DNA of 60,110 nt, counting the filler, from Jimgerdemannia flammicorona (lineage: Eukaryota): NCBI GenBank assembly GCA_003990765.1. It is 3 parts of 3 records of this genome, joined end to end, with 100 filler letters (N's around TTAATTAATTAA, not from the genome) between each part and the next. Parts side by side here need not be neighbours in the genome. Positions count along the whole stretch, not along the records: positions 1 to 19,972 come from RBNJ01001789.1; 2 more parts are not named here. One strand, written 5' to 3'. How positions within the stretch are numbered: position 1 is the stretch's first letter; every line of letters begins with the position of its first letter. The notes under the pieces are model-generated. The model was not told the origin of the DNA, ran no database searches, and worked only from the letters and a program-made list of their open reading frames with translations. A program made the translations under genes and the position numbers. Positions 1-12,700 of this stretch are shown piece after piece.

Positions 1-315
1 CTGTTAGGTCCTACTCCTAACCCCATCACGAAATTTCCTAATTGGGTATTGTCTGCAGCGATACGCTGATTCAACTAAGCTGGTCTTAGTTTCTTGAACT
101 TCCTGAAATACGGAAAATCCTGAACATCCAGAACTAGTCCAGAAAAGGACTTTGGTTGAGACGTCAACCCGATCTTGAAATCAATAAGCGTAGAGGACGT
201 ACTCTATATGAAATTGATCTTGACCATAAGAAAACAGTCTTCCAGAATATCCAGAACTTCCAGAAAACCCTTCTAGAACTACATAACGGTCACCCTAAAA
301 AGTAACCCTCTTACA
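1..315 (+). mobile_element. 3' end of an LTR of Gypsy family A (partial, opposite orientation to the 10043-19972 copy), inserted into LINE ORF2
   Basis: Reverse complement of ~10043-10355 and ~18594-18905; ends ...CCCTCTTACA at 315, where the LINE ORF2 sequence begins abruptly. Confidence 0.93.
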
Positions 316-2862
316 GCCAGACAGCTATACTCTTCATATGCACCTCCTCCTCCTCTCTTAGCACCTGCTGCATCTTCACTACTTCGAGTTTGGCTTGCAC
401 CAATCTCTAGTCCTCCACTCTCTCTAAGTCTAACAACTCCACCCACCTTAGCTATAATCATATCAACCTAGCAGAAGCCCACCTCACTCTTTGCTATTAC
501 TGGTTTCTAGCAAACCTGCTAGCCTCTCTCCAGTAAGCCTTTGCAGCCTCCTTTAGCCTCACCCACCTAACTGCAACCAGTGCTCTCTCAAGAATTCAAC
601 TTACTATCTTCAACTGTACCTCTGCTGTCCAGAGATCTCACAGCTTACTATCTGCCAGTGGGAGGCATTAAGGTGCCAATGTCTGGGCCTATCCCCACTC
701 CCTCCAAACTGGCCTTTCCCTATCAGGCTCCAGTGGTCTGACCAAGGGCACTACTCCCTCTCCAATGACTTCCAAACATCTATCCCCCAACAGTCTACTA
801 TCAGTATTCAGTTAATCCTTATACCCAGACCATTGACCCAATGAGTATACATATATCCTCTTCTCTCTCTACAGTGTCCTTTCTGCATCTCTCAAGGAGC
901 TAAGGCCCTCTACCTCCTCCCAGGCATCCAGGCTACTGCTTCTTCCTCCAGCACTCCTCTCTCTATCAGTCCTGTCCATCTGAAGATTTCTGACCATATT
1001 GAAGTCACTCACCAGAATATCAACCCTGTCCTCCAAAAGAATACCCTCCTCTAATAGTCTATTAATCCATGCCACACACTCACCCCTGATAGCTGGACAG
1101 TAGCAAGAGCCAACCACTACTAGTACCCAGCCTGGCTGAATCCATTTCCCCCACACCAACCAGTCACCCCAACTCCTGACCCCCCCTATATCTCCTCTAC
1201 CATTCCTCACCAGAATCACCACCTTACCCTTCCACACTGCAGTGCCCCCCTATTCTCTTGTCCACTCCTCTTGATCTGCATCATTCTCACATAATATATC
1301 CTGCAATAGCAAGAGATCAGCCTCCAATCTCTTTAGCCAATTAAAAATGTTATCCCACCTCCTAGAGCCCCATAGCCTATTCACATTTAAAGAAAAAATA
1401 TTGGTTGTACTATTCATTGGGAGTAATGTTAAAAGAAGAATGTTCCCTTAACAACTTAGCACTCAACTCCTCCCTTGCCAGGTCCAATCCCCACTCAGCA
1501 GTAATCTCCATATTCTCCATCCTTTTAGCCTTCAATCCAGCCAGAAGATCAGCCAGTTCCATATTCTCCTTTTTCTCCATAATATCTCTATACTCCTGGT
1601 ATACTTTTTGCCAAAGTTGAAGTCCCTGCCTCTGCTCCTATTAGAAAGCTGCCCATTCTACTGCTACTACTGCCAGTTTCTTCTCTCTTGTTTCATCAAT
1701 CTCATACCCCTCCTTCTCCATAAAGATGGCCAATACCTCAATCTTAAGAGCCTCCACCATACCATCTCCACAGAGCACCCTCTCTCAATACTCCTCACTG
1801 ACAACTTGCAGATCAACATTTTCCAATTTCTCTGCTACAAAGTTATGCATTATGTAGCACATTCACCATAAGTCTCCAATATCCTTACCTCCAGGAGTAT
1901 CAGGCCTCCCCTTATCCAGCATTGAAGTAACTATACCAGTGCTGGCAGATTCTTCCTACTTCTCCTCAGAGATATCAACCAACTTATCCTCCTTGGTTCC
2001 CACCACCTGCCCCCCCATCTCTGCATCTGGCACTCCAAACTGAACCCTGTACATACCCCTCATCTCCACATCCTCACCAGCTTGTATCCTCCCAGCAGCA
2101 GCTGGCACTCTGCTCACCTCCTTCTCCTCCCAGACCTCCAGAATGCCATCATCATACAGTGTCTGATCCCTAGTCACCCCACTTGTTCAATTACTGGCCA
2201 TCTTCTACTCCCCTCCTCCACTGACCCAAATACTTGCCCATATTCCCTCAGCAGTCTCTGATCCACTCAACCCCATGGCTGCCTTCTCCTTCATACTCAC
2301 CAACAGCTCTCTCTGTCTCTTTCTTCTCTATGCTCTCTCTCACTGTCCTCTGTCCACCTAGATATGCTTTCTATCTACTACCTCCAAATGTGTTGAATCC
2401 ACATAGGCCTTCCATGCCTTTGCTCAACATTCTACTGCCTCACTAAGTTCCTCCAGGGCCTTCAGTAGGTCCTCCTCCTCCTCCTCCTTACTCCTCTTCA
2501 CTCTTGATACCTTATAGATAAAGGCTCTCCACAGTATCACCAAAGGCCAGTCCTGAGTCTTCCCAGTAGCCTCCCTCCCAGCCAACTGAATCCTGACATC
2601 CATATTGCCAGTCTGAAAAGTAGTCCCTTCCCATATCTGAAATCCAATATCAACCACTTTCCCATACTCTGCCATGACCTTCTCAATTCTATGCCTCATC
2701 TCAACTATTGTTACTATGGGTACCCCTTTTACCAAGAGCTGGACCACTCTCAGGTCCCACCTTAAGCACTGTGCTATAGGTACTGCTACTTCTCCAATAG
2801 CCAGCCCAGTCTTCAATGTCTCCTCCAGTGGCCCTACCTTCTCAAAGGCCACCTCCACCCTC
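316..2862 (-). mobile_element. LINE (L1/Tx1-like) copy 1, 3' part: most of ORF1 and the APE domain of ORF2 (ATG ~1417), degenerate
   Basis: ORF2 N-terminus MNSTTNIFSLNVN, and DILVSDFNMV (APE GDFN motif); paralogous to 5500-7980; cut by an LTR at 315 and by LINE copy 2 at 2862. Confidence 0.88.
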
Positions 2863-5800
2863 TTTTTTTTTTTTTTTTTTATAGTTACTCAGACTTCTTC
2901 CTTTATTAATACAGTCATCTATCCCATATATAATACACTAAGCCCACTCCTATCCAATCTTCCTAGGCCCCCACCCCCTCTTAATTAAAGACTACTAGGC
3001 CATTAACCACTTCCACCCACCCACCACTCTATCTACAAATATCTTCCACTAGACAGCAGCAACACCTACTCTGGGGACTCCATCCAACCCACCACCCTGT
3101 CAGTATATCTCCCACCAACCCCTCTCATCTTAACAACCTCTTCTGCAGACCCAGCTATCACCTCTCTTCAAAAATGAAGAGCCAATGTCCAGCTAGCCCT
3201 ACCCATATAGCTAAAACCCACCCTATAGTGAGCCATTCATTGCCCACCCCACCCACCAACCTAGTTCTCAAATCTTCCCAGTGACCCCTCTCCCCCTCTG
3301 GTCCCCTCTTCACACCCAGCCAGTCCCCTACCACTATCCAAAAGTCCCCCAGAACCTCACACTCTCTCAGCCAATATTCTGGCATCTGCACAAATCCCCC
3401 AACTTGTCCAACATTGTAACATGCTTCATATTCCAATAGACCACCGTCCACCAGATACTCAGTATGGAAATTCAATATGACATTCCTCCATAGTATCTGC
3501 CACCATACTACCCAGTACTTGGGAGGAAGCCATCTCCACATCTCAGCACTCCATGCCCAGACTTCTGCCCAATCCCAGTCCTTGCCAATTCTCACTGCTT
3601 ACCAACTGCTAGGCCAAAGATCCTGACCAAGTCCCCTCTGACACTCTACTCTATCACCAATATCAAATTCAATAAGAGGAGTGCCCCCCAGAAGCAATCT
3701 GTCCCATCTCTACATAGCTGGTCTCCATAGCATCTCTCCTTCATTGCTATGCCAGTGCAAGCCAATGCAGTGTGCTCCATCTGCTACTCCCCACCAGAAG
3801 TCTTTATACTACAGCCAATGGCTGCCACCCAGGTCCACCAGAGAAAGCAAAATCCCCCAAGGACCCCCTTGAGGAGAATCTCATCTCCCACACCTTCTGC
3901 ATCAATGGCACCCATCTCCCTCCCCTCAGTTCTACTACTTGCTTCAACCACCAAGCTCTCAGGCAGTATAGCCTCTTAGGAAAGTCCACCAGTTCTAGCT
4001 TCCCTTGAACTATGGGCATTGAAAGAGTTTCTCAACTGATCTGGGACTATCTTCCAGCCCAAATCCAGTCCCATCAGTCTCTTCACCACCTAAGCTAGAA
4101 AGTCCAAGTGATAGACAATATACTACAGCTTAGGGAATCAATAGATATTCAGAATCATTACTCCTTGAGTGTATCCCCCCAGATGGCTACCCTCCTCTCC
4201 CACCTGTAGTAAGACTGATCCATATACTGAAAGGAGGATACTCAGATACTGTACAACCTCTCCTGCTGGGACAATTGTTCCAATGACATCCCCTCCCACT
4301 AACCCATCTCCCAGCACCATTGTCTCACACTTATGCTAGTTGAGTTTCACTCCAGAGTATATCTCATATCATTCTACTGTCTCCTTAAGAGCCTCAACAT
4401 CCACCACTAATCCAAGTCCAACTACCATGTCATCTGCAAAGGCCCCTACCTTCCACACTACACCATAAATAGCAAGTCCTACTACCTTCTGCCAAATTCT
4501 ATCTATCAAAGGTTCCAAAGAAAGGGCATATAGAATAGGGGACAATGGATCCCCTTGAGGGACTCCTCTCCCCAAGGGAAACACCATACCCTGGTGACAA
4601 TTACACATCAGCACCACCCTACTTCCCTCCAACAAATTCAACATAGAAGCTTGAAATAGTGAGGGAACTCCTATTCTGTCTAGTACCTTGTCCAGCCACA
4701 CCCACCAAATACAGTCATAGGCCTTCTCCTGATCCAGAAAGACCAGTCTCCCATCCAATCCACTAGCCCTCACCCCTTCAATGACACCATGGACCCAGGC
4801 CATCCTATCCCTGATAAGTCTGCCTCCCACAAAGTCCTGCTGCTCCTCACCCAACATCTGTTGGGCTACCCTCTGTAATCTTGCCACAATTATCTTAGTC
4901 ACCATCTTTCTGTCCATATCCAGCAGTATGATCAGCCTCCAGTTCTTCCAATCCTCCCTCCTCCCCTTGTCCTTATACAATAGAGCCACCAGCCCTGGTC
5001 CTGACCCCTTAGGAGAACAAAATCACAGAGGGCCACCATCTCACCTAATACCCCAGAGACCCCCACCATCTTCTTCCAAAAGTCCCAAGGTAGACCATCC
5101 TCTCCTGGTACTATACCAAGCTTAGTTACTGCAAGGACTCTCTGGATCTCCTCTTTCTGGATCAGAAGGATCAAATCCCCCAGGCCCTCTACTTGCAGTG
5201 GCTCCTAGTTCACCAGAGTATCTTCAATAGCCTCTGCATCAGCACCCCCTTCCTTCTCACTCTACAGACCCCTCCACCACTCCTTCAGCAATTCCAAGAT
5301 CTATTGTGTACCATGTACCATTCTCCCCTCAGCATCAAGGACTCCATCCCACCAATGTCACACCCTTCTTGCCTGGAGGAGCCTTGACAAGTATCTAGTT
5401 GATCTCTCTCCCTCCTCAAGCCCCTGTCACCTCAACCTAGCTGCCATTCCTTTCACATGCATCTCCTCCTCCTCTCTCAACACCTGTTGCAACTCTATTA
5501 CTTCTAATCTAGCTCGCACCAACCTCCAATCATCCACCTCACCAGAGTTTATCAAATCCACCCATTCCATCTGCAATCTAACCAATCTCTTGGAAGTACA
5601 CCACACTCTTTTCCTTCTTTGCCTCCCAGTATCCCTACCAACTTCTCTCCAGTAGACCCTCACAGCCTCTTTCAACTTCATCCACTAGACATCCACTTGC
5701 AAGCCCTCATGTACCCAGCTTATGATCTTCACCTGAATGTCCTCTACCCAAAGGTCCCACAATACCTTCTCAGCTAGCAGAGAGGAGTTAAGGTGCCAAT

Positions 5801-8671
5801 GTCCAAGTCCATCTCCACTCCCCCCAAACTGCTCTTTCTTAACAGTCCCCAGTGGTCTGACCATGGGCACCACTCTACCTCCAGAGTTCTCCAAATATCC
5901 AGGCCCCAGCATTTGACCATCAGTATCCAGTCAATCCTTATACTAAGGCCATTCACCCAATGCATGTAAATCCTCTTTTCTCCCCACTGCATTCTGCCCA
6001 TATCTCCTAAGGAGCTAAGGTTCTCCACCTCCTCCTGCATCCAGGCTGCCACTCCTCCCACCAGCATTCCTCCCTCCATCAGTTCTATCTAACTGAGGAT
6101 TCCACACCATATTGAAGTCACCTTCCAGAACATCCACCCCATCCTCCAAGAATGTGCCCTCATCCAGCAGACCCTTAATCCATGTAATCTGCTCATTCCT
6201 AGCTACTGGGCAGTAGTAAGAGCCAACTCTCACTGACTCCCACCCAGGTTGACACCATTCCCCCCATATCAAACAGTTGCCCCAGCTTCTGATTCCACCT
6301 AATTTCCCTTTACCCCTCTGTACCAAAATTGCCACTTTGCCAATCCAAGCTGTAGCTCCTCCCCATTCCCTAGTCGATCCATATCATCCTTACATCATAC
6401 ATCCTGTAACAGAAAGAGATCAGCCTCCAATCCCTTAAGCCAAGTGAAAATGTTCTTCCACCACTCAGATCCCCATAATCCATTCACATTCAGAGAAAAA
6501 ATATTAGTTGTACTGTTCATTAGGAATAATGTTTAGAAGTAGGGTCCTGCACATCCTCTACAAATCCACATCCCTCCTCTCTTGTACCATGTCCAAGTTG
6601 TGTTCAGCAGCCAATCCCTCCTCTTCAGCCTCCTTTGCCTCCAATCTAACCAGAAGTTCAGCCATCTCCCCATCCTCCTTTTCTTCAAAGTCCTCATGAT
6701 ACTTCAGACAGGCCTCCTGCCAAAGCTTCAGACCATGATGCTCTGCCCAACAGTAGGTAGCCTGCTCATCAGCAATAACTGACAGCTCAGCCTCTCTCTC
6801 CTTATCAACTTCATACCCCTCCTCCTCCAGAAGAATTGTAAGCACCTCTACCTTCAGTGCCTCCACTACCCTGTCACTATACAGAATCTGTGCCCAATAT
6901 TCCTCACTCATCACTCTCAGGTCCACTTCTCCCAACTCTTCAGCTATAAGATTGTTCATCATCCTGCATATCTACAGTAGGTTTCCCACCTTCTTCCCTC
7001 CTGATGTCGCTGGCCTCTCAGCATCCAGCATTGTGGTGTTGGCCCCTACACTTGCAGTCTCATCCCACCCCTCCTCCAGGACATCTACCAGCTCATCTTT
7101 GCTAACTGCCACCACCTGTCCCCCTTTTGCTATGTCAGGAACTCCAAAGTGTACTTGCTGGGCACCATGCATCAGCACATTCTCTGCTGCCTTTCTCCTC
7201 TCAGCTGGACCCCTCCTGACAAGAGAGGGAGTATCATCCAATTCCTCTTCCCAGACTTCAAACATACCATCAGCATAAGGGTCATTGTGTGGCATCTTCC
7301 TGACTCCATCCAGGCCTTCCTCCCCATTCTTCTCTCCCTTACCAGCCCAGACACTCACTTCAGTACCTCCAGACTCCTTAGCTCCACCAGCACTCTTCTT
7401 TGCCCCTCCTTTCATGTCTGCCAACAACTCCCTCTGTCTCATATGCCCTTGAGCTCTCTCCCACTACCTCTTGTCAGTGTGAATACATTTCCCATCCACA
7501 ATTTCCAAATGTGTAGACTCTTCATACATCTTCCAGACCTTTGCCCTCTGCTCTACTGCCCCACTCATCTCCTCCAGAGCCTCCAACAGATCTATCTCCT
7601 CCTCCTCACTCTCTTTCACCCTTGACACCTTACAGATGAAGACCCCCCACAACATAACCAAAGGCCAGTCACTCATCTTCCTTGTGGCCTCTCTCTCTGC
7701 CAGTCTAATCCTAACATTAACATCACCAGTTCTGAAAGCAGTCCCCTCTCACATCTGGAATCCAATATCAACCACATTGCCATACTCTGCCATCACCTCC
7801 TCTACCCTCCTCCTAGTCTCAACCTTCATCACCATAGGCACCCCCTTTATCAGTAACTGAACCACTCTGGGGTCCTATCTCAAACACCATACTATAGGGA
7901 CCACTATCTCTCCTACCACTACTCCAGTCTTCAATACTTCCTCCAGTAGACCTGCCTTCTTAAAACCCACCTCCACTCTCTTCAATTCCTTCAGAAACTT
8001 CACTGAGGCAGCTCCAGCCACTTGCTCTAAAATAATCCCCAGAACTATCCTTACCATCACTGCCAAGCCCCAGAAGTACAAGATTGCTGCAAACTCTGAG
8101 ATCGACTTCTTGAGTAACAGTGCCACTGCTAGCCCCATCATACCATCAGCCAGGTCCCCTTTTCTCTTTGGTCCCATCCATCCAGTTTCACTATCAACAG
8201 TCACATCTGGGGTTTTTTTCCAGATTTTCCATCATGCCACCATCAGCAGTCCCCCCCCTACTTCCAGCAGCTGCTCTACCAGCCCTTCCACCCACTAACT
8301 GCTGAGCTACCTCCTCTACTTCTCCTTCCCTCTGCTTCCCCTTCCCCTCCATCCACTTGCCACGAGATCCAACAGACCATCTGCTAGCCTTCAGCATATC
8401 TGCAAAGCTTCTCCCCTTCTACTCTCTTGCTCCTCCCCCAGTATCTCCACCACTACCCAAACTGCCCTGCCCACTCAGACTACCAAGAGACCCCATACCT
8501 AAACTATAACCTTGTCCAACATGTTGCCAGTTGAAGGCTCTAGGTCTACCTGACCTAGTATGCATATCAGCTTGCTTGTTGGTTGCCATGACTTTAGTAT
8601 CTTTCTCCAATAAATACTTCGAAAGTGTGTTGTAAAAGTGTGTGTAATATGAGTGGTAACTGAGAAAGGTG
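2863..8671 (-). mobile_element. LINE (L1/Tx1-like) copy 2, essentially full length, degenerate; ORF1 ~8560-6558, ORF2 6520-~2990
   Basis: Poly(A) tail (T run 2863-2880) with AATAAA upstream; APE (FSLNVNGL, LEGDFNMV, RIDWIL, WSDH); RT (LYKDKG..DWKNWRLI, FLDQEKAYD, GVPQGDPLSPILY, AFADD); C-terminal zf-RVT-like remnant; flanked by an imperfect 11-bp TSD CCTCCAC(C/T)CTC (2852-2862 / 8672-8682). Confidence 0.92.
4330..5174 (-). pseudogene. Non-LTR reverse transcriptase domain of LINE copy 2 (frameshifted)
   Basis: ORFs 4932-5174 (PGEDGLPWDFWK) and 4369-4989 (DQEKAYD, QGDPLSP, FADD). Confidence 0.93.
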
Positions 8672-9375
8672 CCTCCACTCTCTCCATACTCCTCAGGAAC
8701 TTTACTGAAGCTGCTCCTGCTATCTGCTTTGATATTAGCCTCTATACCATCTTCACCATTACAGTTAGCCCTCAAAAACATAAGGTGATAGCAAACTCCA
8801 AGATCAACTTCTTGAGTAATGGGGTCACCACCAGGCCTGTTACACCATCAGCTAGGTTCTCCTGCCTCCTTTAGATCCCCTGCCCAGCCCTCTCATCAGC
8901 TGTCACATCTCTTTTTTTTTTTTCCAGATCCACTGTCACACTACCATCAGCAGTCATTCCACTGCCTCCAGCTACAGCACTTCCAGCACCTATGCTCATT
9001 CCTCCAGACTGAGGGCCTCTCTCTCTCCCTATACTAGCCTTGTCCTTTTCCTCAGCAATACCAGCCCTAGCTCCAGCTGGCCATCCACTCTCCTTCACCT
9101 TATCTGCAAAGCTTGGGGGCCCAGATCTGCCCCCATTTCCACCAGACACCAGCTCTCTGCCAGTGCTCTCTCCACCATTCACCCCTCCAAAAGCCCCCAT
9201 CCCCAGACCATAATCTCTCCCCACATGCTGCCAGCTGAATGCCCCAGATCCACCTGACCCTGCATGCCTGTCAGAACTCTTGCTCAATGATATTCTACTA
9301 GTATCTTTTCTCTGAGTTGTGTTGAAAAGTATTGCTTGAAGTTGGTGTAACATGAATTATACCAGAGAAAGATGC
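8672..9375 (-). mobile_element. LINE copy 1, 5' part (5' UTR and ORF1 N-terminus), continuation of 316-2862
   Basis: Paralogous to 7970-8670; joins the 2862 side in the (K/R)VEVAF segment once copy 2 is removed; its 5' end resembles that of copy 2 (GAGAAAG(A/G)TG). Confidence 0.82.
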
Positions 9376-9452
9376 CCTTCCATCCCTGGGTGAGGAGCTC
9401 ATTTGTATTAGTACATCATAGATAGTTTGGTAATAAAGTGGAAGTCCTTGCG

Positions 9453-9490
<38 letters not shown>
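9376..9490 (+). mobile_element. 3' end of a related LINE on the opposite strand (3' UTR plus poly(A))
   Basis: AATAAA at ~9432, poly(A) 9458-9490; resembles the 3' UTR of LINE copy 2 (TGTATTA...GATAG...TAATAAAG..GAAGTC...TAT-polyA). Confidence 0.6.
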
Positions 9491-9492
<2 letters not shown>

Positions 9493-10727
9493 AGAACAGA
9501 ATGTCCATGCAGACCTCTCCCATGAAATGCACAGGTGGGTAAAAAACACTCCAGTTAGACATACCAAATTTACCTCAGACCCCTTTTCATTTCATGACAG
9601 TTAGGTCTAAGTCACTCATCAGAAAACATAATACCTTAGTTACACATATCCATTATGTTGAGAATTTGGGCAAAACTGCATAGCTAGCCATACAGAAACA
9701 AATTCTCTAAAATATATAAAGACACCGAAACACAGGATTCAGCTTTATAGAATTGTACTATCAGGGGTGGGAATTGCACTAGTTTCAATATGTTTTTCCA
9801 TTCATTGTTTGTTGCATCATACAACACCATCCTGTTTGGAGTTTTGCACCATAGATAGTAGTGCAATCCTATGGCTTTCAGACTGATTTTGCGAAATTGG
9901 TCACATAATCGGGATGACACGCTTTTGTCAACATTTACAGTCAAGAAAAGTGGTGTCCAATCGCAGATGACGACATGCATGTTATCGCCTAATATGACGA
10001 AATGACCAAAGGCAACATTGCCACAAGTATCTGTTATCATTGTGTAAGAGGGTTGCTTTTTAGGGTAACCATTACATAGTTCTGGAAGGGTTTTCTGGAA
10101 GTTCTGGATATTCTGGAAGACCATTTTCTTAAGGTCAAGATCAATTTCGTATAGAGTATGTCCTCTACACTTATTGATTTCAAGATTGGGTTGATATCTC
10201 AACCAAAGTCCTTTTTCAGACTAGTTCTGGATGTTCAGGATTTTCCATATTTCAGGAAGTTCAAGAAACTAAGACCAGCTTAGTTGAATTGGCGTATCGC
10301 TGCAGACAATACCCAATTAGGAAATTTCGTGACAGGGTTAGGAGTGGGACCTAACGGGGAGCAGATTTACTTAAGAGTGGTTTGTGGGTTATTAAATAGG
10401 TTTATTCACTATTCATGATATTGCTATACTAGGAGTAGTTGTGTAAAAGAATATTGTAGGAAAGTGCTCAGGAGTTGTGTTCGAATTGTTCAAGTCTTCA
10501 AGTCTGAGATTCTGAGGTCTGGGGGAGGGGGTATTTATACTAGTGAGGGGCTATTTGGACTATGCTAAATATGGATGTAGCACTAAGTGCCTTGCTGAGT
10601 CGGAATGCAGTCACGTAGTACAATAGTGATCTGATATGTCAAGAGATCATCTGACTGCTGAGTCAGTTCACAGTCACATCGTACAAGGCTAATCTAACTA
10701 TACTATGACTGCTAGGCTATTTATGGT

Positions 10728-11825
10728 TTAGGCACTGTCTGGGTAGTCTTCAATGACATCACTATCAATTGCATTATCTCTAATGAAGTAGTCATCTAGG
10801 AAGAGTGGTTCACGGATTACTTCTCCTTGTTCGCTGAGGTAGTAATACATTGGGACTTCATCTCCATCCCACAGAATAGCATTGTCTGTCTCATATGCTG
10901 GGTAAGGTGTTGGTGGGCAAAGGATGGGTGTATTGTCTTCACTTTCATCAGATTCACTGTCTGCGTACCTTCTATAGGTTACAGCACTATGAGTCATGGG
11001 GTTATAGTAAGCTAGCAGCTGTGGTTCATGTCACTCATACTCAGGTGGTGGAGTTGTTGGTTTGATTTCGAGAGTTGTCTGAAGGTACAGGTTGTGTTCT
11101 CCGGTCTCTTCATTGTAGTTGAAGTAATTAGGGGTGAATGCGGGTTGGTATTCGTGCCAGTGGTCATTGTCCCAATAAGTCTCATATACAGTTATGAACT
11201 GTTGTAAGTTCATCGGCAAGGTTGGCGGTGTAATCAGGGTTGGCAGAGATCCTTGGCTTGAGGTCATGTCTGCATCAGAGGGATCATTGTCTTCTGCTTC
11301 ATCTTCATCGAAGTGGATTATATCGTAGATATCCTTTATGGCATAACTGACTTGAGGCATTTGCAGGATATGGTTGTCAGGGTGCGAGAAGGTTCTGTCT
11401 GTAGTTTCAACATACTCGAGGTACTTGTGGTTGAGTTCTTGTATCATGTTGTCAATTTGGCAGTAGGACAAGGTAGTAACCATTTTGCTGGTAGTAACTC
11501 GGAGGTGGAGAATAAAGGTGTTGTACTCATAGAAGAGTTCTCAGTGTTTGCGGGTGATGAGCTTCTGGTGTTGAGATATCTGGGTAATGTCTGTATTGTG
11601 GTGGTGTTCAACCATGTCTTCCAGGAGGCAGCTGATCTGGTAGTAGCTTGAGATTTGTCTGATTCGGTGGGCCTCGCTAAGTATGTTCAGAGCATTCTAT
11701 CGGGCTTCCACGAAGTAGAGGGGTGCTAGGCTATGGATATTCATGAGGGGCAGAGGGAGTGTTGCTCGGTTGACAATGGCATTCCAAATGTCAGCACGGA
11801 TGTGGTTATAGATCTCAGTGGTCAT
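10728..11825 (-). pseudogene. LTR-embedded accessory ORF of element A (~365 codons; N-terminal helical domain plus acidic Pro/Tyr-rich tail), three C>T-type in-frame stops
   Basis: One frame from ATG 11825 through the listed ORFs 11031-11483 and 10728-10997; the TGA at 11033-11031 reads CAA in the 5' LTR copy (~19574), consistent with an ancestral CGA. Confidence 0.8.
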
Positions 11826-11889
11826 GTTTGTGTGTTTGCAAGTTGTGGTTGTTGTTTGTTTTGGTTCTCTGTTTCAACACATCTTGGTG

Positions 11890-12000
11890 CTCAGTATATA
11901 TGCATTTAATCCTGATTAGTAAGATTCCGTTTGTGTGGATCTTGTATTCTGTGACTTCGTGTTGACTCAGCTTTGTGCATTGTGACTTTGGTTTGACTCA
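11890..12000 (-). promoter_or_regulatory. Putative internal promoter for the LTR ORF: TATA-like TATATA (~11895-11900) and two TGACTCA (AP-1/Gcn4-type) sites at 11963 and 11994
   Basis: Motifs read directly; a C/A-rich leader (CAAACAACAACCACAAC...CAAACATG) leads to the ATG at 11825. Confidence 0.45.
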
Positions 12001-12082
12001 GCTTCATGATCAGGCAGGTGATTTCCAGATTTGTTCAGATGGTGACATGTGATTTCAGTGGCTTGGAGGTTGTGTGCTTACA

Positions 12083-12097
12083 ACTCTCCCCTTCTTA
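12083..12097 (-). other. Polypurine tract of element A
   Basis: Minus strand AAGAAGGGGAGAGT directly before the LTR TG. Confidence 0.88.
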
Positions 12098-12499
12098 GCT
12101 TTTGACATCCTCGTCAGGCCTTCTAATTTTGTTCTAGTATTGTTATACCATTTGAGAGGTCAAAAGTCCAGTGAAGTCCATATTTCTCAGAAAGTGGCAT
12201 ACTCATAGTACAGTTGCCTAATGTGTTGGATTCATATATTAAAGGGTCGTGTATTCAATGCCGTGTGCCGGAAGTGATTCTGATGTCGTTCACTGCTGGA
12301 GAATTTCCTCTAAGGAATCTTCTTAAATGTCTGCACCTCATTTCCCACCAGTGGTATGGGGAGAATAGGCTTGCTTTCAGTTTTGCTATTTTTCCAGAGG
12401 GTTAGTATTCTTGACTGAGTTCTTGATTTGGTTCATGATAATTATAATGTTCGAGAGGTAATATATAGTGTGTACTGATAGGTATCAGAGTATTCAGAT

Positions 12500-12700
12500 T
12501 TCAGTTGTTCCAGGAATCATATTCCTGAACTAGGTCAGTAGCATTCTGGAGATTGGTCTTGGATTCCCAGATTGCATCATGGATCAGGTAACCTTTCCAT
12601 TTGACAAGGTACTCTGGGTGGCTCTTGTTGCCATGTTTGTTGAGGATCTGCTCAACTTCATATTCTTCTTGGTCATTGATAATGACAGGTACAGGTGGTT
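12500..12700 (-). pseudogene. Chromodomain at the integrase C-terminus
   Basis: Manual translation: EEYEVEQILNKHGNKSHPEYLVKWKGYLIHDAIWESKTNLQNA. Confidence 0.9.

Larger units (their letters stand above)
10043..12082 (-). repeat. 3' LTR of element A (2040 bp), containing a protein-coding ORF
   Basis: On the minus strand begins TGTAAGC at 12082 immediately after the PPT and ends CTCTTACA at 10043; TATAAATA at ~10539-10532; AATAAA at ~10406-10401. Confidence 0.92.

Noticed and set aside
9684..10202. 172-aa ORF, and the similar 18487-18753 ORF, as real genes
   Set aside because: Both start inside LTR U5 and run across the LTR boundary into unrelated sequence; chimeric frames.
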